From Candidatus Pacebacteria bacterium UBA1364 (GTDB taxonomy: Bacteria; Patescibacteriota; Microgenomatia; UBA1400; PJMF01), in the NCBI GenBank assembly GCA_002306345.1, contig DBRQ01000009.1, forward strand, positions 1 through 55,870: a stretch of DNA of 55,870 nucleotides, in the 5' to 3' direction. Positions 30,785 through 40,950 of this stretch are shown in pieces. The notes beneath the pieces were generated by a model that was given only the letters and a program-made list of their open reading frames with translations, did not search any database and was not told the DNA's origin. Both the position numbers and the translations under genes were made by a program. Positions within the stretch are counted from its first letter, which is position 1, and each line of letters starts with the position of its first letter.

Positions 30785-31531
30785 ATGAAGATTCGTCTGA
30801 ATAAATTTTTGGCTGATTTAGGCCTTGCCTCTCGTCGCGGAGCTGACCAGCTTATTGATGAGGGTAAAGTTTTAGTGAATAGTAAAAAAGCTAAGCTTGG
30901 CGATAAAATCGATCCAGAAGTTGATCAAATCACTTTTGCTGGTAAAAAAATTACCGCCGCTGCCAGAGAAGATTTCGAGTATTGGTTGCTCAATAAACCT
31001 TCTAATGTTATTTCTAGCGTCAGTGATGAAGCCGGCCGGAAGACGGTTTTTGACTACGTTAAAAGCAAAACTCAAGCAAGAGTTTATCCCGTGGGTCGAT
31101 TAGATCTGGAATCTGAAGGTTTGTTACTTCTCACCAACGATGGAGAGTTAGCTAATCGTTTGACTCATCCTAAATACGAAGTTAAAAAAGTTTATCGAGT
31201 GTGGGTCAATGGTATTTTTACTCAATCCAAAGTGGATAGATTACTTAGAGGAGTCAGGCTCGCTGAGGGTCGCATTGCTTTTGATGATTTAGAAATTTTA
31301 GAAAAAGAAGGTCGCGACATGGTTTTAAAGGTCACTATTCATCAAGGTGTGAAAAGAGAAATTCGTCGTGTTTGCGCTAAAGTTGGGTGGGAAGTGACAA
31401 AATTACTGAGAGTCAAATTAGGCAGTCTAAGCATGGTTGGCTTATCAGTTGGTAATGTGAGAAAATTAAACCAGCAAGAAATTCAGGACTTAAAAAAATT
31501 AGTTGGTCTTTATGCAAACACTGATTTTTGA
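30785..31531 (+). CDS. pseudouridine synthase, RsuA/RluB family, with S4 domain
   Basis: S4 region RLNKFLADLGLASRR, catalytic GRLDLESEGLLLLTNDG, HPKYEV.K.Y. TATAAT at 30772..30777, 7 nt before the ATG. Confidence 0.88.
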   Translation: MKIRLNKFLADLGLASRRGADQLIDEGKVLVNSKKAKLGDKIDPEVDQITFAGKKITAAAREDFEYWLLNKPSNVISSVSDEAGRKTVFDYVKSKTQARVYPVGRLDLESEGLLLLTNDGELANRLTHPKYEVKKVYRVWVNGIFTQSKVDRLLRGVRLAEGRIAFDDLEILEKEGRDMVLKVTIHQGVKREIRRVCAKVGWEVTKLLRVKLGSLSMVGLSVGNVRKLNQQEIQDLKKLVGLYANTDF

Positions 31532-32129
31532 TTTCGATGGCACGCTAGTTGACAGCATGGCTTTATATGTTGCTGGTTTTAATCAGGTGGCACAAGATTT
31601 TAAATTACCCTTTATTCAAAAAACTGATCTACAAATGCTCAAGCAAACTTCTGCCAAAGAGTTAATGCTTACATATAAAATTAGTCCCTTTAAATTAGCC
31701 AAAATTTTTTACACAGTCAATAAAAATATTCATCAAGAAATTGCTAATTTACCATTTTTTCCTGGAGTTAAACCCTTATTGTTGCAACTTGCACAAAAAT
31801 ATAGATTAGGCATTTTAACCTCTAATTATGCGGAAAATATTAAGGCTTTTCTAAATAAACAATCCTTAGAAGTTTTTGATTACATTTATTGCAGTAAAAA
31901 TTTATTTGGTAAAGATCAAACTTTTTTGCAGCTGATCAAAAAATATAAATTAAATAAAGCAGACATTTTGTACTTTGGAGACGAGGTGCGTGACATTGAA
32001 GCTTGTCGCAAAATTGGTATTAAAGTGGCAGCGGTCACTTGGGGTTTTGATGACAAAAATTTACTTGCAAGCAAAAAACCAGATTTTTTATTTTCTTCAC
32101 CTGATGAAATTTTTAGGCAATTAGCCTGA
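31512..32129 (+). CDS. HAD-superfamily hydrolase (phosphoglycolate-phosphatase-like)
   Basis: LIFDFDGTLVDS (motif I), ILTSN (motif II), YFGDEVRDIEA (motif IV). The track start 31503 is a TTG and the ATG is at 31512. Confidence 0.8.
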   Translation: MQTLIFDFDGTLVDSMALYVAGFNQVAQDFKLPFIQKTDLQMLKQTSAKELMLTYKISPFKLAKIFYTVNKNIHQEIANLPFFPGVKPLLLQLAQKYRLGILTSNYAENIKAFLNKQSLEVFDYIYCSKNLFGKDQTFLQLIKKYKLNKADILYFGDEVRDIEACRKIGIKVAAVTWGFDDKNLLASKKPDFLFSSPDEIFRQLA

Positions 32130-32188
32130 ACCAACGCCAGAGCTCAAACCTTGTGTCGATACTCAGAAACGAGTATAATAACTTCTTT

Positions 32189-34036
32189 ATGCAAATTAGA
32201 AATGTAGCCATTATTGCTCATGTTGATCATGGTAAAACCACTTTGATTGATGGAATGTTGAAGCAAACTCATGCTTTTCGTGAAAATCAAGCTGAAATGA
32301 ACCAAAGTACTATTTTGGATAGCAACGATTTGGAAAGAGAAAAAGGTATTACTATTTTGGCTAAAAATACGGCGGTTTTTTACAAAAGTGAAGCTGGTGA
32401 AGACTATAAAATTAACATTATTGATACTCCAGGACATGCTGATTTTGCTGGTGAAGTGGAAAGAGTAATCAGTATGGCTGATGGAGCCGTTCTTTTGGTT
32501 GATGCGGCCGAGGGGCCATTGCCACAAACCCGTTTTGTGTTGGAACAAGCTTTAAAACAAAAATTGAAAATGATTGTGATTGTCAATAAAATCGATCGAA
32601 AAGATGCGCAACCAGAAAAAGTTTTATCTCAAATTGAAGAATTATTTTTGAACATTGCAAATGATGAATCACAATTAATGTTTCCAATTCTTTATGCGGT
32701 TGGTCGTAGTGGTAAAGTTTGGGATGATTTGCCAGAAAATGAAGTGGGTAATGCAGAGGCAATTAATCAACATCCAGGAGATTTAAGACCAATTTTTGAA
32801 GCAATTATTCGTACTGTGCCCGCGCCAAAAATTAACGATCAACTACCTTTTAAAATGCAGGTTTCAACGCTAGACTTTGATTCTTACAAGGGGACTTATG
32901 CTATTGGCAAAGTTACTCAAGGAGTAGTTAAAAAAGGTCAACGTTTGGTGATTTTAAACGAAAAACAAAAAGTTGCCGAGATGTCCGTAACTCATTTAAT
33001 GACCAGTGATGGTTTAGGTAGACGAGAAATAGAAATTAGTCAACCCGGCGACATTATTGCCATTACTGGTGCGGAAAATATTGCTATTGGCCAAACTTTG
33101 GCAGCCTTGGGCGAAACAGAAGGTTATCCAAGCATTAATATTACTGAGCCAACGCTAAAAATTCGTTTTGCAGCTAATACCTCACCTTTTGCTGGTAAAG
33201 AGGGTGATTTTTGCACCATTCGCCAAATTGCTGAACGCTTACGCAAAGAACAAAAAACTAATTTAGGTTTGCGTATTGAAGGTTTGGAGGGGGGTGCCTT
33301 TAATTTAGCTGGCCGTGGGGAATTACATTTAGCTATTTTGGTTGAAACAATGCGTCGCGAAGGGTATGAAATGGAACTTTCTAAACCCCAAGTAATTTTT
33401 AAAGAAATTGATGGAGTGATGTCAGAACCTTATGAAGAGTTAACCATCGAAATTGCTCAAGAATTTGTGGGGGTGATTGCCGAAGAATTAGGTAGAAGAC
33501 ACGCTCAATTAACTGACAGCATCACTAACGAAAAAGGAATTAATAGAATGGTTTATGAGGTCAGTACCCGTAATATTTTGGGTTTTAGGAGTCAAATTTT
33601 GACCAAAACTAAAGGCAATGGTTTATTTAGTAGTCGATTTCTGCGTTACGCTGCCGTTGGCAATGAATTACCTCAGTTACGTAATGGTGCGTTAATTGCT
33701 ACCGAATCTGGTACTGCCACTGCCTATGCCTTAGAAATTATTCAAGACCGCGGCAAAACCTTTATTAATCCTGGCGACAGCGTTTATGAAGGGCAAATTA
33801 TTGGTTTGCGTAATCAAGGCGGTGATCTAGAAGTAAATGTTTGTAAAGCCAAAAAATTAACCAATTTTCGCTCCAATGCCGATTTTTTAACTGTTTTAGA
33901 TACTCGTGTCGAATTAAGTTTAGAGCAAAGTTTAGACTTTATTGAAGAAGATGAATTGCTGGAAGCCACTCCAAAAAGTTTGCGATTACGCAAAAAAATC
34001 CTCAATAAATTGCAACGTATGCGCCATAATCGCTAA
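32189..34036 (+). CDS. typA: translational GTPase TypA/BipA
   Basis: IRNVAIIAHVDHGKTTL, DTPGHADF, NKIDR, and EF-G-like domains. TATAAT at 32174..32179 lies inside the longer track ORF (GTG 32153), which favours ATG 32189. Confidence 0.92.
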   Translation: MQIRNVAIIAHVDHGKTTLIDGMLKQTHAFRENQAEMNQSTILDSNDLEREKGITILAKNTAVFYKSEAGEDYKINIIDTPGHADFAGEVERVISMADGAVLLVDAAEGPLPQTRFVLEQALKQKLKMIVIVNKIDRKDAQPEKVLSQIEELFLNIANDESQLMFPILYAVGRSGKVWDDLPENEVGNAEAINQHPGDLRPIFEAIIRTVPAPKINDQLPFKMQVSTLDFDSYKGTYAIGKVTQGVVKKGQRLVILNEKQKVAEMSVTHLMTSDGLGRREIEISQPGDIIAITGAENIAIGQTLAALGETEGYPSINITEPTLKIRFAANTSPFAGKEGDFCTIRQIAERLRKEQKTNLGLRIEGLEGGAFNLAGRGELHLAILVETMRREGYEMELSKPQVIFKEIDGVMSEPYEELTIEIAQEFVGVIAEELGRRHAQLTDSITNEKGINRMVYEVSTRNILGFRSQILTKTKGNGLFSSRFLRYAAVGNELPQLRNGALIATESGTATAYALEIIQDRGKTFINPGDSVYEGQIIGLRNQGGDLEVNVCKAKKLTNFRSNADFLTVLDTRVELSLEQSLDFIEEDELLEATPKSLRLRKKILNKLQRMRHNR

Positions 34037-34098
34037 AAATTTTACGATTTTATAATCCTTTTGCAAGCAACTCTCTTTTCGGGTAAAATTAGCCTTAA

Positions 34099-35322
34099 GT
34101 GTTAAATTTATCTAAACCCTTAGCTGCCTTGATTCGTCCAAATTCTTTACAAGATTTTATTGGTCAAGAGCATTTGGTTGGTGAGGGCAAACCCATTAGA
34201 GCAGCGATGGAATTGCAGGCCATTTTTTCAATGATTTTTTGGGGTCCTCCAGGTGTCGGTAAAACTACTTTGGCCAAAATTATTGCTAAAGAAAGTGACC
34301 GCCAATTTATTGAAATTTCCGCGGTTTCTGCTGGAAAAGCCGATATTCGCAAAATTGTTGAAGACAGTCGCCGCCAAAAAGGTTTACTTGAAGATTATCG
34401 TGCTCCTATTTTATTTGTTGATGAAATTCATCGTTTTAATAAGGCCCAACAAGATTATTTATTGCCTTTTGTTGAGGAAGGCGTAATTATTTTGATTGGA
34501 GCGACGACTGAAAATCCCTCTTTTGAAATTATTCCTCCTTTGCTTTCCAGAATGAGGATTTTTATTTTTAAATCTTTAAGTGAAGAGGAGATGAAAAAAG
34601 TTTTAAGTTTGGCTCTCAAAAAAATTTATGAAAATGAGAAATTAATTAATAAAAAAGCAAAAAAAATTGTTATACCAATAGAAAGCGAGAATTTTTTACT
34701 CAATTATAGTGCAGGGGATGCGCGCAAACTTTTAACCTTAGTTGATAACACTTTTACTCTTTATGGAGACCTGCGGTTAGAGTCTCTTAAAAATTCTTTA
34801 CAATCAAAACACTTAAACTATGATAAAAAAGGCCCAGAACATTACGAAACCATCAGTGCTTTTATTAAAAGTATGCGGGCTAGTAATCCTGATGCAGCCA
34901 TCTATTATTTGGCTAGAATGGTAGAAGCTGGCGAGGATCCATTGTTTATTGCTCGTAGAATGGTGATCTTTGCTTCAGAAGATATCGGTTTAGCTGCGCC
35001 AACCGCTTTGGTGGTGGCCAATGCAGTGTTTTCTGCTTGTCAAATTATTGGTTATCCAGAATGTGCCATCAATTTAGCACATGGCGTAACTTATCTCTCC
35101 AATGCGCCGAAAAATCGCACTGCCTACAATGCTTTACGAGCGGCACAAGCAGACGTCAAACAATTTGGTAATTTAGAGATTCCCTTGAATTTAAAAAACG
35201 CCGAAACCAAATTACTTGAGGAAATTGGTTATGGCAAAGGTTATGAAATGTATCCTAAAAAAGGTACTGATTTATTACCAGAAAAATTGAAGGGTAAAAA
35301 ATATTTTCAGGCAAAAAAATAA
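34099..35322 (+). CDS. rarA: replication-associated recombination protein A (AAA+ ATPase)
   Basis: GPPGVGKTT, LFVDEIHRFNKAQQD, GATTENP, and MgsA C-terminal domain blocks (AIYYLARMVEAGEDPLFIARR). GTG start. Confidence 0.9.
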   Translation: MLNLSKPLAALIRPNSLQDFIGQEHLVGEGKPIRAAMELQAIFSMIFWGPPGVGKTTLAKIIAKESDRQFIEISAVSAGKADIRKIVEDSRRQKGLLEDYRAPILFVDEIHRFNKAQQDYLLPFVEEGVIILIGATTENPSFEIIPPLLSRMRIFIFKSLSEEEMKKVLSLALKKIYENEKLINKKAKKIVIPIESENFLLNYSAGDARKLLTLVDNTFTLYGDLRLESLKNSLQSKHLNYDKKGPEHYETISAFIKSMRASNPDAAIYYLARMVEAGEDPLFIARRMVIFASEDIGLAAPTALVVANAVFSACQIIGYPECAINLAHGVTYLSNAPKNRTAYNALRAAQADVKQFGNLEIPLNLKNAETKLLEEIGYGKGYEMYPKKGTDLLPEKLKGKKYFQAKK

Positions 35323-35394
35323 AGCTTTTGGGTTATAATATTTTTGTTATTTAACGATAAATGGTGAATAGTATTTTAAAATGTTTTAAAAAAA

Positions 35395-35469
35395 GCACCC
35401 ATAGCTCAGTCTGGATAGAGCGTTTGTTTGCGGAACAAAAGATCGTGCGTTCGAATCGCACTGGGTGCA
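35395..35469 (+). tRNA. tRNA-Arg (anticodon GCG)
   Basis: Manual cloverleaf: acceptor GCACCCA/TGGGTGC, D arm GCTC/GAGC, anticodon stem TTTGT/ACAAA, loop TTGCGGA, T arm GTGCG-TTCGAAT-CGCAC. No encoded CCA. Confidence 0.85.
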
Positions 35470-35497
35470 CGGTAGTAATTATCTATGAAAGGATTTT

Positions 35498-35701
35498 ATG
35501 CCAATGAACAAAGAGGTTACTGAGAAAGCCACTAGGGTTTCTGAGGAAGATTTTGCCGACTATCCTAAATCTAGAGATGTTTTCCCCACTTGTTTTACTT
35601 TAGCACAAATGAAAGAAAATGCTAAACAAGCTAGGGAAGCGACTCAAAGAGAAGACAAAACTAAGAAATATCAAATTTTGGAGGATGAGGAAGTAGAATA
35701 A
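35498..35701 (+). CDS. small acidic hypothetical protein
   Basis: 67-aa ORF between two tRNAs. AAAGGA lies 7 nt upstream of the ATG and the ORF has its own terminator downstream. Confidence 0.4.
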   Translation: MPMNKEVTEKATRVSEEDFADYPKSRDVFPTCFTLAQMKENAKQAREATQREDKTKKYQILEDEEVE

Positions 35702-35735
35702 ATCAATTTCATATAAATCAGTTAGATTAGTGCAA

Positions 35736-35765
35736 AAAACTGCTCACTGGCAGTTTTTTGTTTTT
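35736..35765 (+). terminator. Rho-independent terminator
   Basis: aaaactgc (35736..35743) pairs with gcagtttt (35750..35757), followed by a T-rich run. Confidence 0.6.
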
Positions 35766-35814
35766 ATGATCATTTCGGGGTAAAATCGTTTAAGTCTAAT
35801 TTAAAAATTAAATA

Positions 35815-35896
35815 GGAAGGGTCGCATAGTGGCTATTGCATCAGCCTCGAAAACTGACGCCTTCGGGCACCGCGGGTTCGAGTCCCGCCCCTTCCG
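35815..35896 (+). tRNA. tRNA-Ser (anticodon CGA), class II with long variable arm
   Basis: Acceptor GGAAGGG/CCCTTCC, anticodon loop CTCGAAA, variable arm GCC-TTCG-GGC, T arm GCGGG-TTCGAGT-CCCGC. 82 nt. The track ORF 35841..36035(-) is its shadow. Confidence 0.88.
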
Positions 35897-36059
35897 CAAG
35901 TATCGATTTTTTCTGGATAGACCCGTTTATTTGCTGTATTAGGTTGATGTGCCCCACTTCTTTTCTTCTAAATTTACCAGATGCGAGTTTTAGAGCCTGT
36001 AATAAATAAGATAAATTGTTATTAGACAAAAACAATGCTACCCATTCAAGGAAAAAGTT

Positions 36060-36269
36060 TTATTTTTTTGGTTTTAGTAAGAAATACAATCCAAATAGTG
36101 GGGCGGAGATTGCCAGAAAATAATAAGCTCTATTGAAGAAATATGCTGAGTAACACTCCAATCTATTTTCATTAGGGGTAGAGATTTTGCAATCTGGAGT
36201 ACTTGCTACTAATACGCAAGTTAATAATATAAATATTAAAAATACAATAATTTTTTGTGCTTTATTCAT
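36060..36269 (-). CDS. small membrane or lipoprotein-like hypothetical
   Basis: 69 aa with an N-terminal hydrophobic segment ending ..LLTC and a second hydrophobic C-terminal span. Confidence 0.35.
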   Translation of the reverse strand: MNKAQKIIVFLIFILLTCVLVASTPDCKISTPNENRLECYSAYFFNRAYYFLAISAPLFGLYFLLKPKK

Positions 36270-36347
36270 GTTATTTTTTCACTATATTAAAACTCTTGAT
36301 ATTTTAATATAGTATTAATTGATATATAAAAGCAAATGAAATAATTT

Positions 36348-36971
36348 ATGAAAAAAGGATTTTTTGTCATAGCGTTTTTATTTATTTTTCAATCTTTTTT
36401 TCTTTATAGAGAATTCTCAATCAATCATAAATTAAATAAAACCTTAGAACAGAATTATCCAGTTCAATCACAATCAGTTTGTGATTCTGTTCTAAATATT
36501 TATAAACCTGAGTCAGTTACTGTCTACGATGGTAAACCTGCAAAAGTTGATTTTGATTCAATGCCTGAACTAAGAAACTTTTACACGCTTATAACAGAAG
36601 AAGCTTCTAAAGGTCCAAATTTTGCAGGACACTTTACTTTTATTCAATGGGGATGTGGTACAAGTTGTCTAAGTTATGCAATTGTTGATGCTATTAGTGG
36701 AAAAATAGTTCTATTTAAACCAGTATTAGAAAATTCTATTCCTTCATATAATGTGAATAGCAGACTCTTAACTTTTAATGAAAAAGATGAATTCAGACAT
36801 CTAGAAGGCAAAAATTTTAAAGAGATTATAAATCTTATGGATATAGAATCTGGAAAATTAAGAGAATATTATGAGTTTCTTGAAGAAGAAAGTGGCAAAA
36901 CTTGGTTATATAGACTATGTTCAGAAAATGTTTTAGACGGTATTTATTCATTAGATGAAATTAATTTATAG
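36348..36971 (+). CDS. secreted hypothetical protein
   Basis: Signal-peptide-like N-terminus and a conserved-looking GPNFAGHFTFIQWGCGTSC block. The 3' end overlaps the recombinase gene by 11 nt. Confidence 0.5.
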   Translation: MKKGFFVIAFLFIFQSFFLYREFSINHKLNKTLEQNYPVQSQSVCDSVLNIYKPESVTVYDGKPAKVDFDSMPELRNFYTLITEEASKGPNFAGHFTFIQWGCGTSCLSYAIVDAISGKIVLFKPVLENSIPSYNVNSRLLTFNEKDEFRHLEGKNFKEIINLMDIESGKLREYYEFLEEESGKTWLYRLCSENVLDGIYSLDEINL

Positions 36972-38283
36972 CAATTATATGTTTTGGGTTTTGTAATATA
37001 CTGATTACCCTATCTTTCAAAACAAACTTTGTTTTCAGACAAGATAATATTTGTTGTCGGTCACTACTTGAACCGGTTTTTAAAATATGTTCTAGATAAG
37101 TTTTAGCCATTTCTGTGTTTCTTGGTTTTACAGCAGATAATTCAAATTCTTCTAAGTTGCCTGACAGATATTCTTGATGAAGAACTTCAGACCTTAATTT
37201 ATGAAATCTTTCAATATCGTTTTTAATTTGTTGGGTAATTTTTGCTTCATCGATTTTAATTTTTGGTATAAGGTTGAGTAGTTGAGCAATTAAATCTTGC
37301 TCAGTAATATATGGTTCATCACAGTCGTAATCTACGGTTCTAGTGCAGTGATAGTAGATATAAGAAGCTTCTCCTCCATATTTTAATTTCTTGTGTTTTT
37401 CTTCTGGAATAACTTGAGCTCCACATCTGCCACATGTGCAAATTCCTCTAAAACCATAGCCATTTTTCTTCCAAGTTTTAGGAGTAGTAATTAGCTGTCT
37501 TTGCACTTTCATAAATAAATCATGAGAAATTAAAGGTTCATGAGTGCCTTTATATAAAACTCCGCTAAATTCAAATTCACCGTAATAGAAACTATTCTTT
37601 AAGGTGGCATAGATCTTGCTTAGAGCTAATTGTTTACCTGATCTTGTAGTAAAACCTATTCTATCTAGCCACCGCTTAACCATCCTTCCTGAGTAATGTT
37701 CATTACCAACTTTTTCAAAAATTTGAATAACAAAAGGAGCTCTTTCTTTATCAATAATAATTTCTCTAATGCGATCATTTTTCATAATATTAAGATATCC
37801 AAGTGGAGCATACCCTGGTCTGATCCCCATTTCGCATTTGGCTTTAAGCCCACGTTTAACATTGACTCCACGATTGTCATTTTCTAGTTTTGCCTGAGAG
37901 CAGAGAATCATTAATAAGAATTTCTCATTAGGACTATTGGTGAAGCTTTGTGAGTAGGTTTGAATTTTGAGCAGCTTTCCTTGGTCCATAAGGTCTACCA
38001 GTGAGCCAAGATCTCCAGCATTTCTACTTAATCTATCGGGAGCCCAAGTCAGGATAGCATTGTATTTTTCTTCTTTAATTTCCTTAAGGATTTCGACGAA
38101 TAGAGGGCGGGATCCTGAAGCTTTAGCAGAATGGCTTTCACGCTTTGTTTCAACAACGTCAATGCTCTCACGTTTAGCCAGAGTCAACATCTCTTTAATC
38201 TGAGAATCAATTGACATGGTTTGTCGCTCGTCCGATTCAGAAGATTTACGGGCATATAGGCAATATTTTAGTTTTTCTTGCAT
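36961..38283 (-). CDS. large serine recombinase (integrase)
   Basis: Resolvase catalytic domain YARKSSESDERQTMSIDSQ, ..DRLSR.., a recombinase domain, a zinc ribbon CTCGRCG...YYHCTR, and a C-terminal coiled coil. ATG at 38283 (the track TTG is at 38295). Confidence 0.85.
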   Translation of the reverse strand: MQEKLKYCLYARKSSESDERQTMSIDSQIKEMLTLAKRESIDVVETKRESHSAKASGSRPLFVEILKEIKEEKYNAILTWAPDRLSRNAGDLGSLVDLMDQGKLLKIQTYSQSFTNSPNEKFLLMILCSQAKLENDNRGVNVKRGLKAKCEMGIRPGYAPLGYLNIMKNDRIREIIIDKERAPFVIQIFEKVGNEHYSGRMVKRWLDRIGFTTRSGKQLALSKIYATLKNSFYYGEFEFSGVLYKGTHEPLISHDLFMKVQRQLITTPKTWKKNGYGFRGICTCGRCGAQVIPEEKHKKLKYGGEASYIYYHCTRTVDYDCDEPYITEQDLIAQLLNLIPKIKIDEAKITQQIKNDIERFHKLRSEVLHQEYLSGNLEEFELSAVKPRNTEMAKTYLEHILKTGSSSDRQQILSCLKTKFVLKDRVISILQNPKHIIAIN

Positions 38284-38357
38284 AGTTTCCTTCAAGTAAG
38301 TGAAGGTACCGCAAAGAATTTAGAAGTCTATTGCCAATTTATAATAACTTAAAGATG

Positions 38358-38386
38358 TTGACATAGTTAGTTACAGATAGTAATAA
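38358..38386 (+). promoter_or_regulatory. promoter candidate TTGACA-17 nt-TAATAA, 8 nt before the ATG at 38395
   Basis: Consensus -35 at 38358..38363 and an AT-rich -10 at 38381..38386. Confidence 0.45.
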
Positions 38387-38394
38387 TAAAATAT

Positions 38395-39150
38395 ATGAGC
38401 GATCAAAACGAAAACAATTTTTTTACACCAATACTAAGTGCAATATCGGGGATTGGTGCGATTGTTACTTCTGTTAGTCCAATCATATTTTCAAAAAACA
38501 ACATATTCCCCATTTTTATAGATCCTGAATTGACTACTTTTGCTTCAATAATAGCTGTCGTTATAGTGATTATTACTATATGGATGACGTCATCTATTAG
38601 TGCAATTATGTTGTTTAACAACAAGGGCAACCCAGCAAGCTTTAATTTGAAACTAATAATTATGTTTCTATTAAGTTTAGTGTTTTTTTATTTGATGAAT
38701 GTGTTGGTTAAGTTAAACGCAATAAGTATCCCTATAGCTTCTCTGCTTCAACTTTTGTCTTACCTGCTAGCTTTTCTATTTTTAGCTATGATAGTTGGGT
38801 TTTTATTGAGAGATTCCATAAATAATTCCAAGAGGGAACAGATAGAGGCTACTAAAATGGACAGAATAAAAGAATTATTAATCAAAACAGGCCTAATTAA
38901 GTTGAACTTTAAACTTCTTTCTATAGAAAACTATGTTCCTCAACAAGGAGAGTTTTCAAGATTTGGAAGTAAACAAATTAGAGCGTTAATAGATGGGAAA
39001 GAGTATTATTTAATAGCATCTAGCGATTTTTCTCTTTTGCAACACTCTGCAGAAATACCAAAACAAGCAACTATTGTAGCGGCAAATGTTGCGACAGCAA
39101 ACCCTTCTACAGTAACAAAAAAACCAAAAGTTCTTTTAAAAAAGTCCTAA
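38395..39150 (+). CDS. membrane protein, hypothetical
   Basis: 4-5 hydrophobic spans followed by a soluble C-terminal domain. No motif recognised. Confidence 0.5.
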   Translation: MSDQNENNFFTPILSAISGIGAIVTSVSPIIFSKNNIFPIFIDPELTTFASIIAVVIVIITIWMTSSISAIMLFNNKGNPASFNLKLIIMFLLSLVFFYLMNVLVKLNAISIPIASLLQLLSYLLAFLFLAMIVGFLLRDSINNSKREQIEATKMDRIKELLIKTGLIKLNFKLLSIENYVPQQGEFSRFGSKQIRALIDGKEYYLIASSDFSLLQHSAEIPKQATIVAANVATANPSTVTKKPKVLLKKS

Positions 39151-40568
39151 ATAAAATCAATAATTGGCAAAGTTTCTTTTAGCGATTCTCTATATTCAGC
39201 ACAAGCCATAGTAAAAGCATCTACCAAATCATTTGGACCATCGGGGCTGAATTCAATTAGTTGCAGAATTAGCTCTTCAGCTCCATTCCTTGGAAATAAA
39301 ACTTGAGCATTCTTGATTTGATTAGAGGCAGCCCATAATCTAGTGGTTTTATCCTGTCCTTTAGTGGTTTTACCTATTACTGGAAGTTTACGCGCATCTA
39401 GTTCATCAATTAATCCTGATTGTTGTGCAGCTTTTTCAACAATAATCTTTGTCGCACAGCCTTTATTAAAAGAGTGGTAAAGTGACTCAATGTAACCATT
39501 TAATTGAGGAGCATTTAATCTGCCATTAAATGGTTCTGGGTGGATGTACATTGTTTTTTGATCATTAAAATTATAAATTGAAGCACAAATGATGCCACTT
39601 TTATCAGATCTTTCTGTTGTAGTAAAAGCTGGGTCAACACTAATTAATTTACCAGCCAAATAACGATCATCTGGAAGCTGATCATAATATTGAATCCAAC
39701 TTGGCTTAATAATTTGTTCTTTGCTATTAATAGCTTTTAGTAAGTACTCTCTAGCAAAATCAATTTCAGTCATGGAATTTCTTAATTTATCGATTGCTTG
39801 TTGATTTGGGTATTTATTTTTCCACAAACATTGATCATCTTTGTCTATAAGCGGGTATTCTCTGTATATCCCAGTTCTTTTTCCATTTAAAATTGATTGC
39901 TTTAATCTCATCATTGCCGAATCTCTGTGAACTAGATTGCCAATAAAAATATATGAGGTGTCAGGAGAACCCACTGGAATTAACTCACCATTAACGAACT
40001 CCCACAATTTCTCTCTTTGCTCTAATATTCTGGCTGATTGCACATCTTCAATATCGTCAGCAATAACAAGATCTGGTCGGTAAGCTCCATGCCTAATTCC
40101 ACGAATACTTTCACTTACTGAGACAGCGGAAATTCTAGCTTTTTGGTTTCTTAAAACTAAACTACTTGAATTCCACTCACTAGTTTCTGCTGTAATAAAT
40201 GGACCAAAATCATTTATTAATAATTCGTTACTTTCTAGTTCTTGCCTAATGTTATACAAGGTTTGGTTGGCTCGGCTCTGGTTTTGACTCACAACCACAA
40301 TAAACTTCTTTTTTTCTGTACAAATAACTTGCCATAAAGGCAACATCAAGGTACATAACGTTGATTTAGCACTACCCCTAAAAGCCACAATACAAGAGAA
40401 ACTTGGCTCGTCACTCGTAATCAACCTAATAATTTCTCGATGAAAAGCTGGCGTTTTGTATTGTAGGAAGTGACTAAAATATATAGCTATAAAATACTCA
40501 AAGCTTTGTTTTGCTAGTTCTTTTCTAGTTGTACGATTGTTTAATAACTCAGCCATTTGTTTTTGCAT
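39147..40568 (-). CDS. phage terminase large-subunit-like protein
   Basis: Walker A-like AFRGSAKST, Walker B LVIADDIED, and RNaseH-like nuclease acidic residues (ISVDPAF..SDKSGI, DLVDAFTMA). Confidence 0.7.
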   Translation of the reverse strand: MQKQMAELLNNRTTRKELAKQSFEYFIAIYFSHFLQYKTPAFHREIIRLITSDEPSFSCIVAFRGSAKSTLCTLMLPLWQVICTEKKKFIVVVSQNQSRANQTLYNIRQELESNELLINDFGPFITAETSEWNSSSLVLRNQKARISAVSVSESIRGIRHGAYRPDLVIADDIEDVQSARILEQREKLWEFVNGELIPVGSPDTSYIFIGNLVHRDSAMMRLKQSILNGKRTGIYREYPLIDKDDQCLWKNKYPNQQAIDKLRNSMTEIDFAREYLLKAINSKEQIIKPSWIQYYDQLPDDRYLAGKLISVDPAFTTTERSDKSGIICASIYNFNDQKTMYIHPEPFNGRLNAPQLNGYIESLYHSFNKGCATKIIVEKAAQQSGLIDELDARKLPVIGKTTKGQDKTTRLWAASNQIKNAQVLFPRNGAEELILQLIEFSPDGPNDLVDAFTMACAEYRESLKETLPIIDFI

Positions 40569-40950
40569 CTTTTTCTCCTTGTAATAGCTCTAATGCCAAC
40601 ATAATTTTTTCTTGTTGCTCCTTAGATAAATTTTCTTGATTGTTAACACCACTTAATTCCACTTTGGTTCTATAATCTGGATGGTTGTGTTTAAGCCAGA
40701 AGCTAATTGCCTGAAAGCGTTTGTCTTTAATTGAAGAGATAAGTTGTGATTCGGCTAGATCATTCACTAATGATTTGCCATCCTGCAGAGAATCCCGAGC
40801 TTCTCTAGCGAACTCTTCGTTTTGACACCATCGATAGAAGGTGGCTCTACTGACGCCTGCTTTTTCACAAGCAATTTGGACAATTGGCGTTTTACGCAAT
40901 TGCTCTATTAGACGTTGCTGGTCGGATTTGATTCTTTCTTCGATACTCAT
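40549..40950 (-). CDS. small HTH protein (terminase small-subunit-like position)
   Basis: HTH CEKAGVSRATFYRWCQ. It overlaps both neighbours (4 nt and 20 nt), so the three genes are co-transcribed. Confidence 0.5.
   Translation of the reverse strand: MSIEERIKSDQQRLIEQLRKTPIVQIACEKAGVSRATFYRWCQNEEFAREARDSLQDGKSLVNDLAESQLISSIKDKRFQAISFWLKHNHPDYRTKVELSGVNNQENLSKEQQEKIMLALELLQGEKDAKTNG

Noticed and set aside
35841-36035. 64-aa ORF on the minus strand
   Set aside because: Its C-terminal part (..GAGLEPAVPEGVSFRG) is the antisense translation of tRNA-Ser (35815..35896), so it is a shadow ORF.
36348-36971. Idea that this ORF is a host gene disrupted by serine-integrase insertion (its 3' end overlaps the integrase gene by 11 nt)
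   Set aside because: The sequence alone gives no evidence of a split partner elsewhere in the window. The overlap is equally consistent with ordinary convergent genes inside the element.
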